Positions 49,162 through 59,876 of a DNA stretch of 64,000 nucleotides are shown here, piece after piece. Origin of the DNA: Methanobacteriota archaeon (GTDB lineage: Archaea > Thermoplasmatota > Poseidoniia > Poseidoniales > Poseidoniaceae). The notes beneath the pieces are model-generated. The model saw only the letters and a program-made list of their open reading frames with translations. It had not been told where the DNA came from and did no database searches. The number at the start of each line of letters is the position of its first letter. Within the stretch, counting starts at the first letter, position 1. The stretch covers positions 165,073 to 229,072 of the forward strand of contig JAYQHX010000002.1 of assembly GCA_038141355.1 (NCBI GenBank), in the 5' to 3' direction. The position numbers and the translations under genes were made by a program.

Positions 49162-50235
49162 ATGCCAATTGAAATTCACGTCCTTGGAACATCATCTGCT
49201 AGGCCTGCACAGGGGCGTTCAGTATCAGGTTCCCTAGTAGAAACGGAGGATGGAATTTTTGTCGTAGATTGCGGTGAAGGATTTCAAAATAGACTTGTAG
49301 AACACCGGGCGAGATTAAAGAAGGCCGAATCTAAAAAACTCAAGGTCTCAAAAATCGCTGCCATCCTTCTGACGCATGGACATTTAGACCACACCTGGGG
49401 AGTTCTTCCTTGGCTCCAAACGATGGCACTTGATGGCAGAAAAGAATCACTTTGGATAATAGGTCCTACCTCTGAAGAAGTGATCGATGTTCTATTGGGA
49501 CAGGAAGGCGAACCAGAGGTCAGCCCATCAGATTTGGTAATTCAATATGATATGTGGATGGATTTAGGAGCCGTATCAGAGGAACTTGGATATGATTTAC
49601 TTTGGGTACTCGGAGACGGGAAAAGATGGGTTGATATGAATACTGGTAAGCAGATAGAGTTGCCCCAGCCATTGAAGAAATCTTCTATTGCTGCTATCAA
49701 CACTCAGCATACAGTTCCTTCTTTTGCATGGAAAATTTCAACCAAATCTCGAAAAGGCAAATTTGACAGAAATTCTGCAAAAGACCTACCGCAAGATGTG
49801 GTGATGAAATTAGCATCCGGTAATGATGCAGAGTATGATGGAGTCACGCTAAAATCTAGCGATTACAGAGGCCCTAGTTATGAACCGATATCGCTTGTAA
49901 TTTCAGGAGATACTGCTGAACAAGCGATTGAAACAACTTGCGACCTACTTATTCATGAGGCGACTTTCCTGCAAGAACATCAAGATATCGCGAATGAACA
50001 TTTACATTCAACAGCGGCAGGAGCTGCGAGAACAGCCATAGAATGCAGTGCAAAACATCTCGCATTGACACACTATTCTGCAAGACTAGACAGTGGAGAT
50101 ATGTCATTGGAAGAAGCAATGGAGATTCATGATTCAGTTTTCGCATTATCTGATGGAGATAGACTAGTGCTGGGAGATGATTGCTCCTTAACTCACCTTG
50201 TAAAATCAGAAGATGAATGGATGGTCAATGCTTAG
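49162..50235 (+). CDS. rnz: ribonuclease Z (metallo-beta-lactamase tRNA 3' endonuclease) with insertion
   Basis: VLGTSSARP, VVDCGEG, LLTHGHLDHTWG (HxHxDH), LIHEATF and HSTAAGAA…LALTHYS. At 357 aa it is longer than the usual ~300 aa. Confidence 0.8.
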   Translation: MPIEIHVLGTSSARPAQGRSVSGSLVETEDGIFVVDCGEGFQNRLVEHRARLKKAESKKLKVSKIAAILLTHGHLDHTWGVLPWLQTMALDGRKESLWIIGPTSEEVIDVLLGQEGEPEVSPSDLVIQYDMWMDLGAVSEELGYDLLWVLGDGKRWVDMNTGKQIELPQPLKKSSIAAINTQHTVPSFAWKISTKSRKGKFDRNSAKDLPQDVVMKLASGNDAEYDGVTLKSSDYRGPSYEPISLVISGDTAEQAIETTCDLLIHEATFLQEHQDIANEHLHSTAAGAARTAIECSAKHLALTHYSARLDSGDMSLEEAMEIHDSVFALSDGDRLVLGDDCSLTHLVKSEDEWMVNA

Positions 50236-50269
50236 GCAATTTGAAATTAGATAGGTATGTTGGCGTTTC

Positions 50270-52606
50270 ATGGGTCGACACATCTTGGTGGCATTCCTAC
50301 TAATCTCAGTCGTCTTTTCTACGGTTAATACTGCTACTGAAGGTAGAGCAGCACCACAATGTGCAGAATTTGACTTGTCTGATGTAATATCTTCAACAAC
50401 CGGAGTCGCAGTTGAACCCGATGCCTGTCTGATTGTTAACCTAGGTTCTAAGGAATCTGAAACAAAATTATCTATTGATATAGAAATCATGGATGATGAA
50501 ATGGATGTTTTGTTATTCGACCAAAACGGAATATCAGTTTACAATAATGGACAAAATTACCGCTCATCATTTGTTCCCGAAGGAAGTTTCGAATCACTGA
50601 TCGGTGAAAGATGGTTTGATTGGACTACTCCTCCCTCGATATCAGATAGAACATGGTATCTTGTCTTCGATAATACTGCCCATGATGGAGACCAAGGAAT
50701 GGGCGACCAAGGAGGCATGATTTCCAAATTTACTATTGATGTTCAACCGGCTGATGAGGTAGATTTCCCTCTGATTTTAGATACGTTTTACTTGCAACCA
50801 TCTGAACGATTGAATATGGTAGATTTCACTGTAGATTTCGGAACCGAATTAGATTATTGGGTACACCCTCTATCAGGGACTGGGGAATTTTTCATACAAT
50901 CAGATAATCAGTTAGGTGGAGATTTGAAAATATCAGGGTCAAGTTTTAGTCAGTTAGTTGATGACCAAAATTATGCTACTTGGACAGTTCCTGAATATTT
51001 GGATATGAAGAACTTGAATCTAATTGTAGATGCAGGAGTTGATGGTTTTCATTTTTCAATCGGAGCATGGTTTAGCCCAGTGCTGTCTCCTAATGTCGTC
51101 AATTACGTTAATGGAACCACAACAATTGGGGAATCAATCATCCTAGATGCAAGCAATTCTCCAAATAGCCTAAATCAAATCTCTTCTATTTCATGGGATT
51201 TCAATTCAGACGAAGTATTGGATGCTCAAGGTTTCATCGTAGAAGCTTCATGGAATACGCCGGGTCTGAAAACAGTGAATCTTACAGTTGAGTCATCCTC
51301 AGGCGAAGTTACCATGGTATCACATCAAATTACGGTTAATGATGTATCCAATCCAGTCGCTGTGATTAGTGGTTCTGGAACAAGAGGCATAGATGGCGAA
51401 TGGCGTTTGCTGAGATTATCTGATTTGGTTTTGCAATCATCAAATTCTTACGACGATCATCAAATTGCATCAATGACTTGGAGTGTTGATGGCACACCGA
51501 TGGCATCAACTAAGATGTTTACCGTAAGTTGGTCTGAGATAGGGACCTACAAAGTTATCTTAACCGTGGCTGACCCTACTGGAAATACTGATTCAACTGA
51601 AGCCATGATTGTAGTTTACGATTCGACAATTCCTGCGTTAGAGATGGCTTCAATCAAAGAAATATCACAAGTAAATCAGGGAGAGAATGTTGAATTTTCA
51701 GCAAATGCAGTAGACCTTTGGGATGACGATGAAGATTTGAGATTCACTTGGGATTTGGACCTTGAAAAAGATTCCAATGGAGATGGAGATTTGAGAAATG
51801 ATGCTGATTATACAGGCAGAATTCTTTCTATCTCATTCGAAGAAACCGGTCAATATAGTATTGGTCTCACAGTTTATGATGCCTCAAACAATACAGATTT
51901 TGAGATTTTTACTTTCCAAGTGGTCGAGGGGCCATCTAGTGCAAACTTATTCGCAATTGTTTCAGTGATTTTCTTTGTCATAATCATAGTATTAGGTGTA
52001 GTCTTATTCGGTTATAGAGGCGCTCAGCGCAGAAAAGCGATAGAGATGCTATTGCAAAATAATTTCACTTATGAACAAGCAAATGCGAGAATAAATGAAA
52101 TCGCAAATACCACAAAACTTCCATCCTTTGCAAAGGCAGAACAAATAGCAGGAATTTTAGACGGCGGTCAACTAAGGACTCCGGACCAAATTATGACAGA
52201 TGCCAAGGCTGCAGAAATGGCTCAAATCTACGGCAATGATTCAACGAATAATTTAGATCCAAACGCAGGATTTAGGCCACAATATCAACAAACAGCTTCA
52301 GTAAATCAGGCTGCACAAGAAGCCCTCGCAGCATTTGCGGACGAGAGTACAGTGCAAGCACAACCAACGCCAAAATCAGCGTCTGGAAAGGTGAGAAGTG
52401 GAGGGGTAGCATTGCCTGGGCAAAACTCGGTATCAACTCAACAAACTCCTCAAAAAAATACTACTCCACCCCCAGCACAGAATCACAATTTGATTGGAGA
52501 TTGTACTTCTTGTGGTCAAAAATTCTCGGTTAATATGCCACAAGGTGTCAATAGTGCAGTAGTATCTTGTCCCGGATGTGGCTCTGACCAATTATTTGAG
52601 CGTTGA
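50270..52606 (+). CDS. exported protein with three PKD-like modules, TM helix and cytoplasmic tail ending in a zinc ribbon
   Basis: Signal peptide VAFLLISVVFSTVNTA. PKD-like blocks are ISWDFNSD…GLKTVNLTV, MTWSVDG…GTYKVILTVADPTGN and FTWDLD…GQYSIGLTVYDASNN. The TM helix is LFAIVSVIFFVIIIVLGVVLFGY, followed by a Gln/Pro-rich tail and CTSCGQKF-x16-CPGCG. Confidence 0.75.
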   Translation: MGRHILVAFLLISVVFSTVNTATEGRAAPQCAEFDLSDVISSTTGVAVEPDACLIVNLGSKESETKLSIDIEIMDDEMDVLLFDQNGISVYNNGQNYRSSFVPEGSFESLIGERWFDWTTPPSISDRTWYLVFDNTAHDGDQGMGDQGGMISKFTIDVQPADEVDFPLILDTFYLQPSERLNMVDFTVDFGTELDYWVHPLSGTGEFFIQSDNQLGGDLKISGSSFSQLVDDQNYATWTVPEYLDMKNLNLIVDAGVDGFHFSIGAWFSPVLSPNVVNYVNGTTTIGESIILDASNSPNSLNQISSISWDFNSDEVLDAQGFIVEASWNTPGLKTVNLTVESSSGEVTMVSHQITVNDVSNPVAVISGSGTRGIDGEWRLLRLSDLVLQSSNSYDDHQIASMTWSVDGTPMASTKMFTVSWSEIGTYKVILTVADPTGNTDSTEAMIVVYDSTIPALEMASIKEISQVNQGENVEFSANAVDLWDDDEDLRFTWDLDLEKDSNGDGDLRNDADYTGRILSISFEETGQYSIGLTVYDASNNTDFEIFTFQVVEGPSSANLFAIVSVIFFVIIIVLGVVLFGYRGAQRRKAIEMLLQNNFTYEQANARINEIANTTKLPSFAKAEQIAGILDGGQLRTPDQIMTDAKAAEMAQIYGNDSTNNLDPNAGFRPQYQQTASVNQAAQEALAAFADESTVQAQPTPKSASGKVRSGGVALPGQNSVSTQQTPQKNTTPPPAQNHNLIGDCTSCGQKFSVNMPQGVNSAVVSCPGCGSDQLFER

Positions 52607-52668
52607 AAAACCCTCTAAATTGATACTAACAAGGGCTAGATTCATTTGGGTTAAGAGCCTGAAGTATC

Positions 52669-55600
52669 TTGATGTCAGCAGAAAGCATCCGCGTACTTCA
52701 TGCTGGCGTGCCGCGACCTTTTGACTCTAAGAAGGTAGCAATAGTTCTAATTCTCGTAATGATGATGCCAATTTACAGTCCAGTACATGCAGACCAAACA
52801 GTCGGTAGAGATGACTTCGGAATTTTGGCTGCTATGGTTGAAGCCTTAAGTGAGGAAGAAAATTCAGGAGAAGATGAATTGGCAAAAAATTCCGCTGAAG
52901 GAATTTTATCAGCGTTAGAGTCTCGAGGTAGAGAAATAGCCGATGGTGATGCCTTATTAGCAACTGAGGATATCATTGGTGATATCCAAATGCGGCAAAC
53001 CGATCCATTAGAACCAATGCATCCAAGGCCGTATGTCTACCTTACAGACCCTACAACGCACCCTGAAGGTTGGCCAAACAACTTATTGGATACTTTATTT
53101 GACCCACCAACTCTTTCTGACCCATTAGCAATAGGTATCAACACATATTCACTTTACGTCAATTACTCTGCTAGAAATAATGGTCCACAATATGAGGCAT
53201 GGGATTATGGGACCTTCACTGGTGACGTGCTTTCTTTTAATGGAGCAGGTTTGTTCGAGAATGCTGTTGATTTAGATGGTGACACAAATCCGGATGTAGC
53301 AGTAGGCCTGTCAATCCTAGGGTTAGGTCAACAAGGAGAGGGCTGGGACGTAAACTTCGGTGGTGGCCTTATTCCAACCGTCGAATCGATTTGGATAAAA
53401 CCTAACTTTCAATGGCGCGTTCGTGTAATGGATTATTCAGACCCACTATGGGATGATATGGCAAACATGGAAGTATCCTTCATCAAGGGTGTAGCATATG
53501 ATTTGGCATTACCAACTACCGAAGCTGAATCATATGGGCTCGTTATCGATTCAAGATTCACACAACCACCTAGCGATTTCCAGGTCAGAGTCGGATTAGA
53601 TAAAATGACACTTAATGTCGTTGGAACGGTACTGTCCCTAGTAGATGTAATCAATATCTTCAACGGCGGGGATGATTCAGTATTCGAGGTAACATCTGTT
53701 ACCGCCCCATATTCTGTATTAATGTCAAATCCAAATGAGAATTCTGCTAATGAACAGACTGATTGTGAAGATTCCTCTTGGTATGACCCCATAGCAGACC
53801 ATGATTCATCAAGTAGGGAGCATAAGTGTGGATATTCTATTGGCATAGGTTATGTTCATTTTTTCCCAGCGGATTCAAATGGCGATAGGCCAGTAGATGA
53901 AATTGGATACATAGATATTGGACTTCATCCAACTTTAGGCAGTACGCTACTTCCTGAAGAAGTAGATTTCGTAATCCGTAATGATAACGCTGGAGATAAT
54001 TCGTTTGATAATATCGAAATTTTCACTGATACTGATTCTGATTTATGGTTCCATTATTATGAAGATCGTTCTAACCACATGGAAGCAGGAGGTCGATTTG
54101 GAAATATTACTGACTCACGTGGATGGGTACGTGATTTGCCAAAAGGAACCTTGCCGCAAGAAGAAATTAATGCTATTTTTACAATGATAGGGGAGGCACC
54201 GGGATCGGTCAACTTACCCGGAGATATGCCAAATCGCCTGTCTCTAATTATCTCTATCAAGAATTTCACGGCTGATAATTCAGTCAATCAAGCGGGCTCA
54301 AATCTAATTATTGACCCCTCTGATAGTAGGTGGAACAGCTTAATACTGATTGCAGGAACTGAAAAGGTTCCTAAATTACAATATGTATCAACATTCCAAA
54401 GGCATGGATATGAAAACGATGCCTCATCTCTTTCAGTTGAAATTACAGACTTGCCAGAAGTAATTGCGATTTTTGGAACATTTGAGATACCGGCATCTAA
54501 TCGCGTCAGAGTTGAATTTGGAACTGCACCAGATTTGTTAAGCGAAGTATTGGATAATGTCGTATTGAACCTGGTAGAAATTGTTCTCGATATTGGAACG
54601 ATTCTGAATGGTTTGCCAAATGCAATTGTTGGAACAGCAGGCGAATCAAGTGGTGAGATATTCCTACAATGCTACTCTCAAGTGAAGAATTCATGGTCTG
54701 ATAATTCCCAAAGATATGTGGAAACCGTAGGCTCTATTCGATTAGGACTAGGTAGTAATCCTCACCCTGTAATGGACAGGAGTCACATTATTCTGGCTGA
54801 AGATTCAGATAACTCAAATGTAATGGGAAGATACGGCCCCGCACCAACATTAGTTCCAGTAGCAATGAGTTTGAGAGTTGATGATATTTCGGGATTATCA
54901 TATTCCTATGACCAAAATTCTGACCTTAGAACAATCTCTTTGAACGGAATTTCAGGTGATGAATTAATTATTGGTCATTTGAATCATTTTGAGAATACCA
55001 CTGATGGAGACGTTCAACAATTTGCATCGATATCTAACAGGCCAGAGAACCTAACAATTGCTCAACAAGGGTCAAAAATCAGTTATTCTGCGACAGGAGA
55101 AATTGGAACCATTACTTACAGTGGTGAAGGAAATGGCCAGTATAATGCATTGAGGCTAATCGATTTGCCCTCGGAGTTCGACTTAGAATTAGGCGATACG
55201 TTAAGTTTGAATGCGCCCGCAGGAATAGGTGCTATCGAGGTACAGATTTCTAATGCTACAACTCCTTTGACGATGGATGATGACCATGCAAGATTTTGGA
55301 TTAACCAAAATGAAGCAGAGGCTAGTATGTCATTTAGATTATCTAATCTTACATCTGTGTATCTACTTCCTCCAGAACAACCAGGTGCTGTTGGAGTCGC
55401 TGGAAATAGTAGATTGGTAATGAACAGAACAGGTTCGTCACCATTTAGCATGCTATTGGAGGATGTTAGCGACAGGGATGATGAATTCCTAGGATTAAAT
55501 GGGAAAATATTCCTAGACCCTCTACCCGCAAACGCTACACTATCTTTGCCTTCAACTGAAAATTCCGAGATGATAACCATCCCTCAATTTGGCCAACAAG

Positions 55601-57306
55601 ATGGAATTTTATCACTTTCCTTCTTCTTATCAGGTATGATTGATTTCGGTAGTTCAGTTAACGATTTTGCATTGGAAAGCATGGTTAATCTTGGGGATGC
55701 ATCCAATGTTATGGACAATGTTAGTTTAGGTTTAGATTTGTACACTGGCGAAGAATTTGATCTTACTCTCGACGTTGAAAAAGGGGTTAACATCGATGAA
55801 ACACCTCAATGGGTCCATGGAATCTCTGGCGAAGTTTTGGAAGCAACAGAACTTGTATTCAATTATTCAATAATGGAGAATTTTACCGCGAGTTCAAGAT
55901 TTGTGGTCAGTGAGGCATTCAAAGATTGGACCATTACAGAAGAAGAGAGAGAGAATGTAATCAATGCATTATCTTGGGCAGGAATTAGCCAAAGTGAAAA
56001 ATTAGTAGATGTTATGTCTGATGGTTATCTATCGGAATTAGAATTAGCAGAAATCGATACAGCCAAGCTATTTTCTGAGGGGGTTGATTTTGACCAAAGA
56101 AGGTCTTGGCATGTGAAAATTTGGTTGCCTCAATTGCCGTCTGGTAGGATTCTACTTACCTATGACTTGACTGTGAACGAAGATATACCTACATTTGATA
56201 TAAAATCAATAATGGAAGATTGGACTCCAGCAAGACCAGTATTCAAGATACAGGTTAATGGATTATCTGGAACGGATACTCTTCTAGTTCTGTCTGGATT
56301 AGATACAGAATTAACTAGAGATATTAACATTGAAATGTCGATTACAACCGAATCGGATATGATAATTCCAAGAACAACAATAGATGCGACTTACGATATT
56401 GGTGAAAGAATCGATAACGCACATATATTGCAAAACAATAGAGTTCGAGGCATTCGAACTGAAATGGTGCTTTTCGATGCACCAGCCAGCGCCAATTTAT
56501 ATTCGAAAATTGGAGACATATTGCAAGCGAATCTGAATGTAACTCCAATGGATAGAATCGGTGTTAATGCGGCTGACTCCCTGATGCTTCAACAACTGAG
56601 AAAGGTTGACGGATTGTGGTGGCCTTCTACCATGTTCATCAAAGACGTTCCTGGTGAAATGTATCTCAGGGCCCAACCTTCTGATAGATATGATATTCAC
56701 GAAGTAACTTCATTCCAAGGTATGTTTGAATTGAATTATTATTCAAACAGTGATGAAATGGATTTGTTTATTGAAACAAAGGGTAAGGCCCAAAATGCAA
56801 GAAGAAGCAATTTGATGCTTGCAGAAAACTTGCCGACTAGTTTTACTATGGAAGTCACAGAAGACTTTGGTGCAAGAATCTCCGCTTCGGGTAATGGTGT
56901 TGAGCGTCTTTACATCAGAAGCGGAGACTCAATTCCTGCGGAAGGTGTAAAATTAATTTCAGCAGAATTAGTTGGAGAGAATTTACAAGGCGCCGAAGTA
57001 CACCAAAACATGATTTTTGGATATCCTATAATCGTCGTTGATGGAATTACTGGTGGAAGAATAGTTGCCACAGCACATGCCGAAGTAAATGTCTTAGGCA
57101 TTCAAATAGACGGAAGAGGCGTCCTACTCGACGCCCAATTTACAGGTGGAATACCCACTGCATCCAGTGTAGGAGTAAACGGAGTAGTCACCGACTTATC
57201 TTTGATTGGTGGATTAACTGGCGGTAAGATTGAAACTACCCACATCATGATTGTAGATCCATTTTCATCTCTAATAGCAACTGGTATTGCGGGGGTGTTT
57301 GGATGA
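52669..57306 (+). CDS. giant (1545 aa) exported protein, no recognisable domain
   Basis: One uninterrupted ORF with an N-terminal anchor/signal KKVAIVLILVMMMPIYSPVHA and a short hydrophobic C-terminus LIATGIAGVFG. I could see no internal repeats or known motifs. Confidence 0.7.
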   Translation: MMSAESIRVLHAGVPRPFDSKKVAIVLILVMMMPIYSPVHADQTVGRDDFGILAAMVEALSEEENSGEDELAKNSAEGILSALESRGREIADGDALLATEDIIGDIQMRQTDPLEPMHPRPYVYLTDPTTHPEGWPNNLLDTLFDPPTLSDPLAIGINTYSLYVNYSARNNGPQYEAWDYGTFTGDVLSFNGAGLFENAVDLDGDTNPDVAVGLSILGLGQQGEGWDVNFGGGLIPTVESIWIKPNFQWRVRVMDYSDPLWDDMANMEVSFIKGVAYDLALPTTEAESYGLVIDSRFTQPPSDFQVRVGLDKMTLNVVGTVLSLVDVINIFNGGDDSVFEVTSVTAPYSVLMSNPNENSANEQTDCEDSSWYDPIADHDSSSREHKCGYSIGIGYVHFFPADSNGDRPVDEIGYIDIGLHPTLGSTLLPEEVDFVIRNDNAGDNSFDNIEIFTDTDSDLWFHYYEDRSNHMEAGGRFGNITDSRGWVRDLPKGTLPQEEINAIFTMIGEAPGSVNLPGDMPNRLSLIISIKNFTADNSVNQAGSNLIIDPSDSRWNSLILIAGTEKVPKLQYVSTFQRHGYENDASSLSVEITDLPEVIAIFGTFEIPASNRVRVEFGTAPDLLSEVLDNVVLNLVEIVLDIGTILNGLPNAIVGTAGESSGEIFLQCYSQVKNSWSDNSQRYVETVGSIRLGLGSNPHPVMDRSHIILAEDSDNSNVMGRYGPAPTLVPVAMSLRVDDISGLSYSYDQNSDLRTISLNGISGDELIIGHLNHFENTTDGDVQQFASISNRPENLTIAQQGSKISYSATGEIGTITYSGEGNGQYNALRLIDLPSEFDLELGDTLSLNAPAGIGAIEVQISNATTPLTMDDDHARFWINQNEAEASMSFRLSNLTSVYLLPPEQPGAVGVAGNSRLVMNRTGSSPFSMLLEDVSDRDDEFLGLNGKIFLDPLPANATLSLPSTENSEMITIPQFGQQDGILSLSFFLSGMIDFGSSVNDFALESMVNLGDASNVMDNVSLGLDLYTGEEFDLTLDVEKGVNIDETPQWVHGISGEVLEATELVFNYSIMENFTASSRFVVSEAFKDWTITEEERENVINALSWAGISQSEKLVDVMSDGYLSELELAEIDTAKLFSEGVDFDQRRSWHVKIWLPQLPSGRILLTYDLTVNEDIPTFDIKSIMEDWTPARPVFKIQVNGLSGTDTLLVLSGLDTELTRDINIEMSITTESDMIIPRTTIDATYDIGERIDNAHILQNNRVRGIRTEMVLFDAPASANLYSKIGDILQANLNVTPMDRIGVNAADSLMLQQLRKVDGLWWPSTMFIKDVPGEMYLRAQPSDRYDIHEVTSFQGMFELNYYSNSDEMDLFIETKGKAQNARRSNLMLAENLPTSFTMEVTEDFGARISASGNGVERLYIRSGDSIPAEGVKLISAELVGENLQGAEVHQNMIFGYPIIVVDGITGGRIVATAHAEVNVLGIQIDGRGVLLDAQFTGGIPTASSVGVNGVVTDLSLIGGLTGGKIETTHIMIVDPFSSLIATGIAGVFG

Positions 57307-57845
57307 CCGATGAGTTCGATGACCCTGAATTGCATGAAATATCCCAAGAAGTGGGTCAATTCGTGAAGGATTTATCTGAGAAAGTCCATCCGCTTCGTGT
57401 CGCTTTAGCTGGCATAATTATGCTAATAATAATCGGGTCACTAATTTCAACATGGTACTGGGTGATTCCGCGTGATGATGTCGAAATCAAGACCATGTAT
57501 ATTCAAAGAAATGGCCATGTTGTAATGGTCGAATTGATTAACGACGGAAGCAGACCTATCAATGACGTAAGGTTGCTCGTCGAATTTATTGATTCTGAAA
57601 ACAATGTTATTGGTGAAATCGATGAATCTTTCAGTGAAATAGATAGTTTGACCAGTGTTTCAGGAGACCGTATGGAAATGATAATTTTCGGATACAGTGT
57701 TTGGGAGGAATATACGATTAGTATCATGATAGATTGGGTAGATTTCAGAGGTCAAGAAAATTCACAAACATTTACCCACAAAGTTTCCGAAATCCAAAAC
57801 ATGCGCTTTGTTGATGATTGTAAAGGCGCAACTTGGTTTTTATGA
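57303..57845 (+). CDS. single-pass membrane protein with small beta-rich ectodomain
   Basis: 180 aa with TM helix LRVALAGIIMLIIIGSLISTWYWVI. It overlaps the giant gene by 4 nt (ATGA) and the protease gene by 13 nt. Confidence 0.5.
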   Translation: MTDEFDDPELHEISQEVGQFVKDLSEKVHPLRVALAGIIMLIIIGSLISTWYWVIPRDDVEIKTMYIQRNGHVVMVELINDGSRPINDVRLLVEFIDSENNVIGEIDESFSEIDSLTSVSGDRMEMIIFGYSVWEEYTISIMIDWVDFRGQENSQTFTHKVSEIQNMRFVDDCKGATWFL

Positions 57846-59815
57846 GTCTTCTAGTAATAATACCTAAAACCCACTCTCCACGCCCTAATAATGTGCGTAA
57901 AGCAGTCTTACTCTTGTTTATTCTGCTTCTTTCAAGCGCCCCTATGGGCTCTTTTTCTGAAGTTCAAGATGAACAGGAAGACATAGAATGGATTAAATTT
58001 GATTTACCTAAAGACACTATTCGTAACTTTGTTGGCACATTAGACAATTCATTGGCATTAGAAAACAGGTCTGTAATTGCCCATTCAAGACTAGGAATAC
58101 ATGATTCAAAAGGTACCTTGTTCAACCTAGAAATTCCTGAAGAATTATTGGTGACTAGGCCAGATTTGGCTCTGATTTTAGTTTCTAATGACCATCGGTT
58201 TGCAGAGGTTAGATTCGAAATCGATGAATTACCTGGTGTGGAAGTTAGGGAGTTTATCGCTCCATCAGGTCTATTGGTTCAAGGAACACAATTTGGCTTG
58301 AATTCAATAAAGGATATTGTGGGTGTATCAGCAATTCAACCAGTTCCGATTGCGATGATGGTGGATGAATATTTGATGAATGCTGATGTTGGAACGGAAG
58401 TGCGAATAGAATCTTGGAGAGGAGATGGATTACTTCCAGGGGTTGATATTTCAGATAGTTGGAATATGAGATTACATCAGGGAATAGAATCGGTAGCAGA
58501 TCAGATGCTTGAAGACTCTAAAATTGCTGAAACCGGAAGATATGATGGAGTCACTCTTGCAGAAATAGCAGAAATTGTTGCAGAGCCTTCAGTAGCATGG
58601 ATAGGCGAACAACCTAAACTAACAAACTGGAATGACCAAGCAAGAAATCACATGAATATTAACGCAATGCGATCCTATTACACAACAGACCTTGATGGTT
58701 CAGGTCAAATCGTTGCTGTTGCTGATAGCGGTCTAGATGCAGACCACGGAGATTTCGGTTCAAGAGTTATCGCTAGTGTTGACCTAATTGGTGATGGTTC
58801 AACTGCAGATGCTCATTCAGGACATGGTACTCACGTTTCATGTACAGTGTTAGGGGACGGCTCGAGGGGAACCTATTCAGGTGTAGCGCCTGAAGCAGAA
58901 TTGTATTTTCAAGCGATGGAGAATGATAACAACGGAAATTTTCAATGGAGCAGTATCAACAATATGTTGAATACTGCTTACAACCAAGGCGCTCGTATTC
59001 ACACAAATAGCTGGGGGTCTTCCTCATCTAATGACTGGGGGAGATATACTGCCTCTTCTGAAGATGTAGATGATAGAACAAGATACTACGACCAATACTA
59101 CAGTGGTAGAGAGGGATATGTCGTATTATTTGCAGCAGGAAATGATGGCCCAGATAGTGGGACAGTGGGCGCTCCAGGTACAGCGAAGAATACTATCACT
59201 GTAGGTAATTCTCAGAACAGATATCAAGGCTCGCCAAACTCGATAATGGATGGTTCTAGTAGAGGCCCAGTCGATGATGGAAGAATAAAACCAGACATCA
59301 TTGCTCCCGGTGGTTATGTTCGCTCGTGTAGAGCTCAGGAAGCGACAGACACTGCGGGCGCTACATGGTCAAATTCGTGGTATCTAGAATACACTGGAAC
59401 CAGTATGGCTACTCCAAATGCAGCAGGTACAGCAGCATTAATTCGAGAATATATCACTGAAATTTCCCAACGCCCTGAGCCACAAGGTGCTCTTGTCAAG
59501 GCTCTAATGATACTTGGAGCAAGGGATGTTGGAACTAGAGATATACCGAATATGGATGAAGGTTGGGGGAGAATTGACCTAAAAGGTACTTTAGCGCCTT
59601 CTAATGGAAGAGGAATATGGGTAGATGATCGGTCTGTTCTATCGTCATCAGGCAATTCAAAGAGTTATAATTTCAATATAACTTCTCCAGGTCAAGGCTT
59701 CAAAGCAGTATTGGCATGGTCTGATGAAAGAGGTTCTAGATTTTCAAATACACAACTTGTGAATAATCTCAATCTATTGAGTTACTACTCCAAGTGGAGT
59801 CGAATACAAGGGTAA
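57833..59815 (+). CDS. S8 (subtilisin-family) serine protease, N-terminal fragment (frameshifted)
   Basis: Catalytic triad contexts VAVADSGLD (Asp), HGTHVSCTV (His) and GTSMATPNAAG (Ser). The frame is lost at about 59780 inside the conserved post-catalytic block LVNNLNL|. Confidence 0.88.
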   Translation: MVFMSLLVIIPKTHSPRPNNVRKAVLLLFILLLSSAPMGSFSEVQDEQEDIEWIKFDLPKDTIRNFVGTLDNSLALENRSVIAHSRLGIHDSKGTLFNLEIPEELLVTRPDLALILVSNDHRFAEVRFEIDELPGVEVREFIAPSGLLVQGTQFGLNSIKDIVGVSAIQPVPIAMMVDEYLMNADVGTEVRIESWRGDGLLPGVDISDSWNMRLHQGIESVADQMLEDSKIAETGRYDGVTLAEIAEIVAEPSVAWIGEQPKLTNWNDQARNHMNINAMRSYYTTDLDGSGQIVAVADSGLDADHGDFGSRVIASVDLIGDGSTADAHSGHGTHVSCTVLGDGSRGTYSGVAPEAELYFQAMENDNNGNFQWSSINNMLNTAYNQGARIHTNSWGSSSSNDWGRYTASSEDVDDRTRYYDQYYSGREGYVVLFAAGNDGPDSGTVGAPGTAKNTITVGNSQNRYQGSPNSIMDGSSRGPVDDGRIKPDIIAPGGYVRSCRAQEATDTAGATWSNSWYLEYTGTSMATPNAAGTAALIREYITEISQRPEPQGALVKALMILGARDVGTRDIPNMDEGWGRIDLKGTLAPSNGRGIWVDDRSVLSSSGNSKSYNFNITSPGQGFKAVLAWSDERGSRFSNTQLVNNLNLLSYYSKWSRIQG

Positions 59816-59876
59816 TGAATTCTCTCAAGGAAGGTCTATTCAAGGCGGTATTTATGACACATTAAACAACGTTGAA

